Positions 18,772-28,773 of a stretch of DNA of 64,000 bases are shown here, one piece after another. The notes beneath the pieces were generated by a model. The model saw only the letters and a program-made list of their open reading frames with translations, had not been told where the DNA came from and did not search any database. The translations under genes were made by a program, and so were the position numbers. The stretch is from an uncultured candidate division Zixibacteria bacterium. Lineage in GTDB: Bacteria > Zixibacteria > MSB-5A5 > RBG-16-43-9. Numbering within the stretch: position 1 is the stretch's first letter; the number at the start of each line of letters is the position of its first letter. The DNA lies in contig OY970208.1 of assembly GCA_963713865.1 (NCBI GenBank), positions 1,251,422 through 1,315,421 of the forward strand. The letters run 5' to 3'.

Positions 18772-21072
18772 ATGCGTCGTATTACTATGTTTTTGGTGGT
18801 GGGGTTGTTAATCAGCAGTTTAGCTTATGCAGATGTTCCCAGGCTGATCAACTTTCAGGGGAGGCTGACTGATGCAGCCGGAAAGTTCGTGGCAGATGGT
18901 AGTTATTCTGTGACCTTCAGCATCTATTCAGTTCCATCCAGTGGGAGTGCTTTATGGACTGAGGCACAATCTGTAACGGTGACCAAGGGTTTATTCAATG
19001 TTATCCTGGGCTCTGTTACACCGATTCCCAACTCTATTTTTGATTCTTATGTTGACACCTACCTGGGAGTACAAGTGGGAGCAGATGCAGAAATGACACC
19101 GAGACAGAGGATTTCCAGTTTAGGCTACTCATATTATTCCTTGAACTCTGACAAACTGGATGGTCTTCATGCTTCAGATTTCACCAGCCCGGTTTCGGAT
19201 TTTGGACGTTCGGGTGTGTCAGCTACTCTATATGAGGGGACTACTGCTTTAATTGACAAGTACGTGAACGTTGCAGGACCGGATAGTGTGATGGCTTCAT
19301 CTGGGTCTGCTTTTATAGGCAAAGCCGTAGGAAGTAGCTCATCCAGGATACATGGGGTAAAGGGTTATGCAGATAACTCTGGCAGTGAGCGCGCTTATGG
19401 AGGATATTTCATAGCCGATAGTTCCGGCACGGGCTCGCAGCATTACGGAATGACCGCAGTGGGTTATGGTTCCTCTCAAACTAGTTTCGCTCATGGTGCT
19501 CACGGTGAGGCAATTAGCAATTCCTCCGGACATGCTTCTGGTGTTTATGGTATGGCTTGGAATTATTCTTCCGGATTAGCTTATGGTGGTTATTTTTACG
19601 CGGCCAATAATGGTACAGGTAAGCATTATGGAGTATATTCCAGCGGGGATGGTAATTCTGATAGCACATCCTATGGTGTCTATGGTTATGCTCGAAATTC
19701 TTCCATTGGTGATGTCTATGGCGGATATTTCACCACCTCTTCTTCTGGAACCGGAGATCATTATGGTGTTTATGGAGAAGCTTATGGCAGCAGTTCTGAC
19801 GCTTATGGGTCATACGGTTATGCGTCTAATAATTCCGCATACAATGCTTATGCGGGATATTTTACCGCTGATTCTTCAGGCACAGGGTATCATTATGGAG
19901 TTAGGGCAAGTGCTTATGGTGACTCACCTACAGATGATGTTTTTGGCGTAAGCGGGTATGCTAAGAACTCTTCTTCCGGCTGGGTTTATGGCGGATATTT
20001 CTCCAACTCTTCGACTGGAACGGGAGCTCATTTTGGAACCTATTCCACTTGCTACGGCAGTTACTCTTCAGTCACCTATGGTTCTTATAATTATGCTCAA
20101 AATACCTCGGATGGCACTGCTTATGGTGGATATTTCACTAACTCTTCTTCAGGCACCGGGAAACATTATGGAATAAGAGCAACAAGCTATGGCTCTTCTG
20201 ATTCAGCCACCTATGGTGTTTCTGGCTATGGCTCGAACTCTTCAAGCGGTAGTGTTTATGGTGGATTTTTTGAGACCTCTTCTTCTGGTACAGGATCCCA
20301 TTATGGGATATACACCGAAAGCCATGGTTCCGGGAGCAACTACGTTTATGGGAACTATACTAATGCTGAGAACACCTCGACCGGTCCGGTTTATGCAGGA
20401 GTATTCTGGGCTTCATCTGCTGGTACAGGAAATAAATACGGAGTCTATAGTTACGCCCCGGCATCAGAAGGTTATGCTGGATATTTCTCAGGAAATATGA
20501 CTGCCACAGGCACCAAGAGTGCGGCGGTGAAGGTGGATAACGGGGAATATCGATTGCTTTATGCAATGGAATCCCCGGAGAACTGGTTTGAAGATTTTGG
20601 AGAAGGGAAACTGATTAATGGTAGGGCATTGATCCAGATAGACACATTATTCACTCAGACTGTTAATACTTCAGTTAAATATCATGTTTTCCTGACTCCT
20701 CAAGATGAACCACTGACCTTAGCGGTGGCCAACAGGACTGTCAGTTCCTTTGAGGTTAGAGGTCCTGCAGGCTCAGATATCTCTTTCTCCTATCGCATCG
20801 TAGCCAAGAGAAAAGGGTATGAGGAATTGAGGATGGCTAAGATGCTTGGCTCCACTCCAGAAGAGATGGAGGTAGTGCAGGCAAAGCGCCTGGCTGAGTC
20901 AGAACAGGAAAGCGCAAGGATGAAGCAGGGCAGAGGGGAAAGGACAGAAAAAGAAATGCAACAGTATAGACCCAAGCTGCCCGAGGCAGAGAGCGTGCAG
21001 AAGGTAAGAAAAGAAGAGCCAAGACCGGAGGATACGGAGAAGATGAGGGTGGAAATGGAAAGTGAGAAGTAA
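18772..21072 (+). CDS. secreted Gly/Ser/Tyr-rich repeat protein (beta-solenoid or fibre-like adhesin)
   Basis: Signal peptide, VPRLINFQGRLTD N-domain, eight ~44-aa YGGYF..SSGTG.HYG repeats, C-terminal ESPENWFEDFG domain. Confidence 0.75.
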   Translation: MRRITMFLVVGLLISSLAYADVPRLINFQGRLTDAAGKFVADGSYSVTFSIYSVPSSGSALWTEAQSVTVTKGLFNVILGSVTPIPNSIFDSYVDTYLGVQVGADAEMTPRQRISSLGYSYYSLNSDKLDGLHASDFTSPVSDFGRSGVSATLYEGTTALIDKYVNVAGPDSVMASSGSAFIGKAVGSSSSRIHGVKGYADNSGSERAYGGYFIADSSGTGSQHYGMTAVGYGSSQTSFAHGAHGEAISNSSGHASGVYGMAWNYSSGLAYGGYFYAANNGTGKHYGVYSSGDGNSDSTSYGVYGYARNSSIGDVYGGYFTTSSSGTGDHYGVYGEAYGSSSDAYGSYGYASNNSAYNAYAGYFTADSSGTGYHYGVRASAYGDSPTDDVFGVSGYAKNSSSGWVYGGYFSNSSTGTGAHFGTYSTCYGSYSSVTYGSYNYAQNTSDGTAYGGYFTNSSSGTGKHYGIRATSYGSSDSATYGVSGYGSNSSSGSVYGGFFETSSSGTGSHYGIYTESHGSGSNYVYGNYTNAENTSTGPVYAGVFWASSAGTGNKYGVYSYAPASEGYAGYFSGNMTATGTKSAAVKVDNGEYRLLYAMESPENWFEDFGEGKLINGRALIQIDTLFTQTVNTSVKYHVFLTPQDEPLTLAVANRTVSSFEVRGPAGSDISFSYRIVAKRKGYEELRMAKMLGSTPEEMEVVQAKRLAESEQESARMKQGRGERTEKEMQQYRPKLPEAESVQKVRKEEPRPEDTEKMRVEMESEK

Positions 21073-21327
21073 GAAGATAGACGCGAGACGACGTAGGGGC
21101 GTATCCACCAGAGACGGACGCCCCTGCCATCTGTCATTGCGACCCCCGCCAAAGGAGGGGGAAGCAATCTGTGAACTATGTGAGGATTGCTTCGTCGTCC
21201 GCCTTTGGCGAGACTCCTCGCAATGACAGGTAAAAGTAAAAAATTTAAAAATAATTCTTGCTTTTTGAAAAGTTATGTATATAATAATTGACGATAAGAC
21301 AAAAAACCTAAAACTAAGGAGTAGAAA

Positions 21328-21873
21328 ATGTCAAGAACTCTAAAGTTTCTACCAGTAGCTTTAGTAATTGTCTTTCTTTCTTTTTCTCTGGCTCTCTCCA
21401 TAGAAAAAGAAAAAGTTTTTGAAGAAAGAACAGTAAAAGAGAATTCTATAGATGAGAAAGTCCTGATAGGAAAAGAGGTGATTATACCTAAAGATACCAC
21501 TGCCACTCCCCAGAATTATCATATACCCTGGAGCAGTTTGAATGGCGGTGGAATAGATATGGCCGATACCAATTATAAAGCAATGGTCTCCTCAGCCCAA
21601 AGTTTTATCGGAGAGTCTCAGAGTACTAATTATCAAGTGAAAATCGGGTATTGGTATGGTGGTAAGCCTTTTCTATGCGGAGATGTTAATGAAACCGGGA
21701 ATGTATCTTTGGGGGATATCGTTTACCTGATCAACTATCTTTTCAAATTAGGTCCTGAGCCAGACCCATTTTATGGTGATGCAGATGCAAATGGAGATGG
21801 GAAGGTCAGTCTGGGAGATATTGTTTGGTTGATCAACTACCTTTTTAAATTAGGTCCATCCCCTGTTTGTTAA
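21328..21873 (+). CDS. secreted protein with C-terminal dockerin-like repeat pair
   Basis: Signal peptide; two GD.N..G.VSLGDIV.LINYLFKLGP repeats. Confidence 0.8.
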   Translation: MSRTLKFLPVALVIVFLSFSLALSIEKEKVFEERTVKENSIDEKVLIGKEVIIPKDTTATPQNYHIPWSSLNGGGIDMADTNYKAMVSSAQSFIGESQSTNYQVKIGYWYGGKPFLCGDVNETGNVSLGDIVYLINYLFKLGPEPDPFYGDADANGDGKVSLGDIVWLINYLFKLGPSPVC

Positions 21874-21916
21874 AGCCGTAATTAAAAGGGTCTTTCAGTA
21901 ATAAGTATGTAGAGGT

Positions 21917-21948
21917 CCTTCTGGCAAAAATGCCGGAGGGGCTTTTTT
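21917..21948 (+). terminator. rho-independent terminator
   Basis: CCTTCTGGCA-AAAA-TGCCGGAGG hairpin followed by a T run. Confidence 0.65.
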
Positions 21949-22041
21949 ATATTTAAAAAGAAGTTATAAAGAATTATTTTTCCTCCGATAAAATAAAAAA
22001 GAGTTAAATTTTCTTAAATATCCGGCTTGAAGGAGGAAAAA

Positions 22042-22975
22042 ATGGATAAGATAAAAAACTTTTTGGTAAAACACTTAGAGAAGATATTAGTTCTAGGGTT
22101 GACCGGTGTTATTTTGATTACCAACTATTTCGTTTTTCAGAAGATGGCTTTTCTTAATTTTTATTATCTGCCGGTTCTGGTGTTCTGGCTATTTCTTAGG
22201 GAAAAAATACGCCATCTATACAAGCCTTTTCAGTATCGGACTGGTGGTTTTCCTGGCGGTTTTATACCCGAACTCTTTTTATCATCAGTCAACAGGTTTA
22301 AGATTGACTTTAGATCTGGTGATCTGGGGTGGGTTTCTGTTTTTAGCCGGAGCGGTAGTGGGGACTTTATATGAACAGAAGGAAAATAAAATTCAGGAGA
22401 TCAAAAAAGCGTATGTGGGAGTGATCGAGATTTTAACTAAATACCTGGAATCCTCGGACCGATATACCAAAGGCCACTCGCTCAGAGTGGCAGATTATGC
22501 TTCGGAAATCGCCAAGTCGTTGGAATTATCTAAAAGTGAAGTCGAAAACATCAGAGTAGCAGGTCTTCTGCACGATATAGGAAAAATTGAGATCTCGAGC
22601 GAGCTTATAACCAAAGCTGCCAGTTTGACCACAGAAGAGAAGAAAATAGTTGAAACCCATGTGGAAAAGGGCGTAGAGATATTAAGCTCAGTTGGAACGG
22701 TCTTAAAAGAGTCTATTCCTATAGTTTTATCCCATCATAAATTCTTCATCGAGAGCAGTGAGGAGGAGAAAAAATTCAATACCCTTCCCTTAGGAGCCAG
22801 GATTTTAGCAGTGGCAGATAGCTTTGATGCTATGGTCACAGATAGGCCTTACCGGGCAGGGAAACCGTTATGGCAGGCGATGGAGGAGTTAGAAAAGGGA
22901 AGCGGGATACAATTTGATCCGCATGTGGTTGAGGCTTTTAAAAGGGTGTTAGCGGATAAAGTTGAAGTAACGTAA
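22042..22975 (+). CDS. membrane HD-GYP domain phosphohydrolase, +1 frameshift at ~22184
   Basis: YTKGHSLRV, LLHDIGK, AVADSFDAMVTDRPYR, QFDP; N-terminal TMs in a different frame are joined by removing one T. Confidence 0.85.
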
Positions 22976-23396
22976 AAAAAGTTCAAGGGTCTAAGAGTTT
23001 AAAGATTCAAAGGGAAAAAAGAAGTGGAATTGATTCGGTTTTCGTGAACGGAAATATAACCTTACCCTAACCCTCTTATTAGGAAGGAGAGGGGATGAAT
23101 TATGTACAGTAGGGGTTCAAAATTTTGAACCCCTGCTTTTTTCCATATTGCGGGTAGGAGTACAAATCCTGTCCGAGCAGATTACCTCATCAGATATTCG
23201 TAGAATTGATAAAAAAGCCCATAAAGATAATAATACTTAATATTATATTACTGCGGATAATTTATTGTAGAGTAATGTGTTAGCAAAGGCTTTTCTTTTA
23301 AAAAAACGATTGACAAATTAAGAAAATTGATTATTATATATTCAGATTGAGGGGGAAAAGAAAACCTTTTTGCTCATGCTTCCCAGAGGAGGTTTT

Positions 23397-24734
23397 ATGA
23401 GAGCAAGTGTTAAAGTTTTATTATCTTTTTTTATTCTCCTTACCCTGGTTAGTTCTTTACAATCCAAAATAATCTATATCCCCTCCCCCTCCTTAGCCAC
23501 AATTCAAGGAGGGATAAATATTGCCTCAGAAGGAGATACGGTTTTAGCTAATGTGGGAACCTATTATGAAAATATTGACTTCAAGGGGAAGAAGATAGTA
23601 GTAACCAGCAGATACCTTCTGGAAAATGACAGCAGTTTGGTATACTCAACTATTGTCGATGCAACTTACAAACCCTCAAATCCTGTAGTATCTTTCAAAT
23701 CAGCAGAAGATTCTCTGGCACTATTAATCGGTTTTACTATCCAGAATAGCTTGAATTCCTGGGGGGTGCTCTGCGACAGTAGCTCCAGCCCGAAGATCGT
23801 TTTTAACCGGATTAAAAATAATCTCGGTGGCTTGGTCTGTTCAAAGTCATCCAATCCTCTTATAAAAGAAAATTTCCTGGGAAATAATACTAATACCGGC
23901 ATACGATGTGAGATTGGCTCTTCCCCTCTGATTGAAAATAACACCTTAGTTCAGAATGGTGAGCAAGGTATAATAACTGAAAATTCCTCGCCTAATCCAC
24001 AGATTAAAGGGAATTATATCTCCGGACATCAGATCGGTGTAAAATGTATGAGCGGCGCTTCTCTGATCGAAAGAAATGTTATTACCCAGAGCAGTCAAAA
24101 GGGGATCAGTATAAATGGAGCTTCTCCACAGGTATTTAATAATACCATTGCCAGTAACACCGGGGATGGGGTGGAAATTATCTCTTCCTCCGGGGTAAGT
24201 CTTAAAAATAATATCATATCTTCAAGCAGTTCTGGTTACGGGATAAAGGTTTCTATGTCTGAGCCGGTCATAGGATATAATGATGTCTGGGGTAATGCAA
24301 GTGGTAATTTTTCCGGAACACCAATAGGTGTGGGGAATATGTTCTGGGGTAAAAATTACAAAGGGACCCCCTGTGATCAGTTTGGGAATATCAGCCAGGA
24401 GCCTGAATTTGTAAACCCGCCCAGCGATTTTTCATTACAATGCTCTTCTCCCTGCATAGATGTTGGAGATCCGGGTTTCCCCGTTCCGAGTTCAGGTGGA
24501 CCCAGGATCGATATGGGGGCTTATGAGTACCTTATCTCCACCGGCGATGTTTATGTAGATGGTAAGATCGATGTTTCAGATGTAATCTTCCTGATAAATT
24601 ATCTTTTCAAAAACGGTCCCGCTCCAGATCCCTTATTAAAAGGAGATGTAACTGCGGATAGTTTAGTAAATGTGCAGGATATATTACATCTGATAAATTA
24701 TCTTTTCAGAAACGGTATGCAGCCCTGTCATTGA
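23397..24734 (+). CDS. secreted right-handed parallel beta-helix protein with dockerin-like C-terminus
   Basis: TIQGGINIASEGDTVL..GTYYENI, PbH1-like repeats, SPCIDVG/DMGAYEY, paired dockerin-like repeats; ATG after GGAGG. Confidence 0.82.
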   Translation: MRASVKVLLSFFILLTLVSSLQSKIIYIPSPSLATIQGGINIASEGDTVLANVGTYYENIDFKGKKIVVTSRYLLENDSSLVYSTIVDATYKPSNPVVSFKSAEDSLALLIGFTIQNSLNSWGVLCDSSSSPKIVFNRIKNNLGGLVCSKSSNPLIKENFLGNNTNTGIRCEIGSSPLIENNTLVQNGEQGIITENSSPNPQIKGNYISGHQIGVKCMSGASLIERNVITQSSQKGISINGASPQVFNNTIASNTGDGVEIISSSGVSLKNNIISSSSSGYGIKVSMSEPVIGYNDVWGNASGNFSGTPIGVGNMFWGKNYKGTPCDQFGNISQEPEFVNPPSDFSLQCSSPCIDVGDPGFPVPSSGGPRIDMGAYEYLISTGDVYVDGKIDVSDVIFLINYLFKNGPAPDPLLKGDVTADSLVNVQDILHLINYLFRNGMQPCH

Positions 24735-24794
24735 TCTAAGTGGGAGTGGAGGCTGGAACTCCTTTTACGAAAACCGAGGGAACGGTTTCATTAA

Positions 24795-24828
24795 GGCGAA
24801 TCCCAAAGTTAAGGGACTCGCTTTTTTG
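24795..24828 (+). terminator. rho-independent terminator
   Basis: GCGAATCCC...GGGACTCGC hairpin followed by TTTTTT. Confidence 0.55.
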
Positions 24829-25058
24829 TTATCAAAAAGCGTTTGTTTTTTCCAGTTGAAAGATTTATAATAAAAAATGAGTATGGAATAAGGAAGACGG
24901 AAAATGAAAAATGGAGTAGGTAAAAAGTAGTAAACCGTTAGTGGAGATTTATGTATAGGTATTGACAATTTAGTTTAGAGTGTGTTATGGAAAATAAAAA
25001 CGTAACGTTATCTTTACAAAGTTATTAAAATATGATTTAATTATGAAGGGAGTAAGCA

Positions 25059-25517
25059 ATGCGAGTTGAAGATCAAATAAACAATGGCAAGGGAACCTCG
25101 CCCCGACATTATTCACCCCAGCTCTTGAAATTGGTGATACTTTTTATCCTTGTAATTTTTTTTCTGAATTGCGGGCTGAAAAGACCAACAGATGAGATTG
25201 GACCCATTAAAGAAGTAATTAGCCGGTTTGAAAGGGGAGTAATTAATGAGAACAGAGCAGTCCTGGATTCGGTCTATAGTAAGAAAGATATAAACAGAGA
25301 TTCGCTTGTCAGCTCACTTTTTCAGGAACTTTCTCCCATAAAATCAAAAGGGTCTTTCTCTTTTTTAAGGAGGAAGTTTTCGGTTATCGAGGATAAAAAA
25401 ACAGCTACAGCTGAGCTTTTCATAGGTGGAGTGGAGCAAAAAGAGGAGAAAGTGCTGGAGATTTTTCTGAAGAAGAAAAAAGGAGAATGGAGAATAGTTG
25501 GACAGGGTTTAAAATAA
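25059..25517 (+). CDS. hypothetical lipoprotein (NTF2-like fold possible)
   Basis: FFLNC lipobox-like; KKGEWRIV C-terminus. Confidence 0.55.
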   Translation: MRVEDQINNGKGTSPRHYSPQLLKLVILFILVIFFLNCGLKRPTDEIGPIKEVISRFERGVINENRAVLDSVYSKKDINRDSLVSSLFQELSPIKSKGSFSFLRRKFSVIEDKKTATAELFIGGVEQKEEKVLEIFLKKKKGEWRIVGQGLK

Positions 25518-25738
25518 AGTTCAAAGGGGAAAATAAAAAATAATAACGGATAACGGATAAAAAACCAGAGGGGCAGACCTGCGTGTCTGCCTTAGTTTCA
25601 GGCGATGATACTCTTTCCGGTCATGGCGAGGAGTCTCGCCGAAGGCGGATGGCGAAACAATCCATCTAGGAAGGAGTAAATGGATTGCTTCACCCCTACC
25701 GGGGTTCACAATAACAGCTTGGGGAGAAATACCAAAAA

Positions 25739-26798
25739 ATGTTAGGTTTGAATGAGATTATCGAAAAAGAAGTTACTGAGGCGATTTCTTTCCTCCAGGA
25801 AGCTTTGAAGGAAAAACCTGAGTATATCGAAATTGAACCGGGTGAAGAGGAGAAAGAGCTATTACTTTTAGATAAAAATTTAGACCAACTTTCCTTTGAA
25901 AATGTCACGGAGATTCATTGTGAGAATAAAGTTGCGGCAGTGGATGGTGGCTCTGCCACCATCCTTAAAACCAGGTCTTTTCTGATTGGAGTTTATCGAG
26001 CAGGGCATGTAATTTTTCAGAAAGGTAAGAGGGTAAAGGAGAAGTTTGTTCCTCTGAGAATGGAGATTCTATCCCTGGAGAATAAATCAGAGAAATATCT
26101 GCAAGCTTATCAAGAGTTGGTAGGTGATGTGCCGAATGAGGTCCCGGAGTTAGATAAAATTTTAGACCGGTTAAGGCTTTTTGCTGAATGGGGGCTGGTC
26201 AAGGAATTATTAACCGAATTAGATAAAGGGGATATGATTTTAGTAGATGGTTCTTTGCGGGCAAGCATCGTTCCCCCATATAACCTTCTTTTAGAAGTTA
26301 CTCAGGAAGCCAGCCAGAAAAATATATGTTTGGTCGGGGTGACTAAGACCTCCACTCTATACTGGGGGAAAAAATCTCCTTTGATTCCGATGGTGGTAAA
26401 AAGCTCAGAGAAGTTCTATCCAAAATCTAAGTGGTTCTGTCGTCTCTCGGACCTTGATCTGGCTTTGAAGAATCCCAACTGGTTCGGGACGATCTATGTG
26501 TCAAAACTTAAAGCCTCTTCGGATTATGCTTTTCGGGTGGATGTAAATCGTTCTGGATAATACTGAGCCAGCAAAGATTTTTTCCTGGCTGTCCTATCTT
26601 TCCTCTGACCCGGCATACTTAGGTTATCCATATCCTTTAGCTGCAGTGCATAATCGGGCCAGGATTCTAGGAAGTGAAGTAAAGGATATAAAATATAGAT
26701 TGCAAAGCAAGGCATTGGAAAAGGGAATTTCATCTGCGGACTGGGATTTGTTGTTCAGGGATTTTCATGAGGTGTTGAACGCGGACTTAAATAAATGA
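25739..26798 (+). CDS. nurA: NurA family nuclease, +1 frameshift at ~26551
   Basis: AAVDGGS, ILVDGSL, VGVTKTS; after removing one T the frame continues to LGYPYPLAAVHNRA and stops at 26798. Confidence 0.82.
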
Positions 26799-26964
26799 CG
26801 GATATCGGATGACGGATAAAAGAAAAAGAGAAATGGAAAAGATAAAAGAGTATGACGAATGAAGGATGTCTAGTGATGGATAAAGAAATAAAAAAATGAC
26901 CGGGGTTCGTTAATCGTAACAATTCATTGTAGGGGGGTCCCCCGCCCGGATCACAGATAGCAAG

Positions 26965-27567
26965 ATGGAAGATAATACAGAAAAACATTATCGCAGATCA
27001 ATTCGATTGAAGGAATATGATTATTCGCAGGCAGGAGGGTATTTTATAACGATTTGCACACATAATTGGAAAAACATTTTTGGTAAGGTAGTAAATGGTG
27101 AAATGATATTGAATAAATATGGGAAGATTGTGAATGAATTCTGGAGAGAAATCCCAATTCATTTTCAAAATGTGGAAATTGACTGGTTTGTTGTTATGCC
27201 TAATCACGTACGTGGAATAATGATTATTAGCGATAGATCGGAGGTAGGGGCAATTCATGAATTGCCCCTACAAAATATTAAAAACGCAAGACGTAAAATG
27301 TTATTGCCCAAAGTTATTGGTTATTATAAAATGAATTCAACAAAGCAGATAAATATTATAAAGAATACTCCAGGAATTCCTATATGGCAGAGAAATTATT
27401 ATGAACATATTATACGGAACGAAGAAAAATTATACAAAATCAGACAATATATTCAGAACAATCCCTTAAAATGGCACTTGGATAGGGAAAATCTGGAAAG
27501 AGTTGGTGCAGATAAATTCGAAGAAGAAATCTTTAGATCAAAGATAGCATATAAGGTGAATAAATGA
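26965..27567 (+). mobile_element. REP-associated tyrosine transposase (RAYT, Y1 HUH family)
   Basis: RRSIRLKEYDYSQAGGYFITICT, MPNH, WQRNYYEHIIRN, YIQNNP; HUH reads H-V-R. Confidence 0.88.
27244..27271. repeat. GTAG-type REP palindrome inside RAYT; second copy at 28731-28758
   Basis: Perfect palindrome GTAGGGGCAATTCATGAATTGCCCCTAC; the second copy has one mismatch. Confidence 0.9.
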
Positions 27568-28724
27568 CAGATAAGCAAAGAACATTTTTATTAGGTGCTG
27601 GATTCTCCAAAGCAGTGGCTGATGGTCCCCTGATGAACAAAATCTGGGAGTATATAGAAAAGGCACACGAGAATGAAAAGAATAGAAAAGTATCAATAAT
27701 TGGAAAAAATAAAAGACTGAATTGGTTTAATAAATTAGATGATTTCATAAAAAGATTAGAAGGAGAAGCAACTCTTGGGTTTGATAAGAGTAACTTTGAT
27801 GAGATTAGAGTGGGAGTAAGAGAGAATTTAGAATATCTGTTTACTATTATTGACCTTCACTTAAATGGACCTAAAATAAAGTTTAAGAGAAAAGGTTGGG
27901 ACATTGAGCCTTATCCTGCAATACCTCTGAGCTTTACAAATAGAACCGAATTGAAAGAAATAAAAAGGAATTTATTAACTTACCTCTATATAATATTTGA
28001 AAAACTTAAAGGAAACGATTTGGTTGATAAATTTGCTACTAAGATAATAAATGAAAAAGATGAGATTATTACGTTTAATTATGATTTAGTATTAGAAAAG
28101 GCATTATGGAGAAGAAATATCTGGTCTCCACTGAATGGATATGTTGGGGTCAATAGATTTAGAAGTGAAAAAGATGAAAAAGAACTGAAAAAAGCTAAGA
28201 GATATTCGAAAACAAGAATTCATAAGATGCATGGTTCTGTTTGTTGGTTTACTCCAGAGTATTTAATGAACCGACCCGATTCTTTTATATCTATAGACTT
28301 AGATAATAATGAAAATTGGGGATTTCACTTTAATGGTTTAGAAAAAACCCTTAAACGTGATCCAGTCCAACCAACAATGAAAATGGAAAGAGAAGTTAGA
28401 GGGGGATGGGGAGGTAAGCATTATCCACCTTGGATTTTACCATCTTTTATTAAGCCATTCGGGTACAAGGAATTCTATGAAATATGGAAGTCCGCATTTA
28501 AGGTTATTTCAAAAACAAATGAGCTTGTTATAATTGGATATAGTTTCAGACCAGAGGATTCCAGTGCACAACTTTTAATTTCATCTTTACCAGATGGATG
28601 TAATATAACACTGGTTGATCCGAAACCTGAAAATATTAAAGAAAGATTAGAAAAACTGGGACTAAGGATAAATAAAATATTCAAATCGTTAAATGAATAT
28701 CTATCAGAGCATGAACATTATTGA
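27564..28724 (+). CDS. SIR2-like (SIR2_2) domain protein, putative defence effector
   Basis: FLLGAGFS, IITFNYD, KMHGS and IIGYSF motifs; AT-rich; start overlaps the RAYT stop (ATGA). Confidence 0.82.
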   Translation: MTDKQRTFLLGAGFSKAVADGPLMNKIWEYIEKAHENEKNRKVSIIGKNKRLNWFNKLDDFIKRLEGEATLGFDKSNFDEIRVGVRENLEYLFTIIDLHLNGPKIKFKRKGWDIEPYPAIPLSFTNRTELKEIKRNLLTYLYIIFEKLKGNDLVDKFATKIINEKDEIITFNYDLVLEKALWRRNIWSPLNGYVGVNRFRSEKDEKELKKAKRYSKTRIHKMHGSVCWFTPEYLMNRPDSFISIDLDNNENWGFHFNGLEKTLKRDPVQPTMKMEREVRGGWGGKHYPPWILPSFIKPFGYKEFYEIWKSAFKVISKTNELVIIGYSFRPEDSSAQLLISSLPDGCNITLVDPKPENIKERLEKLGLRINKIFKSLNEYLSEHEHY

Positions 28725-28773
28725 ATACTGGTAGGGGCAATTCATGAATTGTCCCTACATTTAAGGAGCAAAA

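Noticed and set aside
19339-21167. Alternative-frame and antisense ORFs within the 766-aa repeat gene
   Set aside because: By-products of the repetitive codon pattern; no RBS or family features
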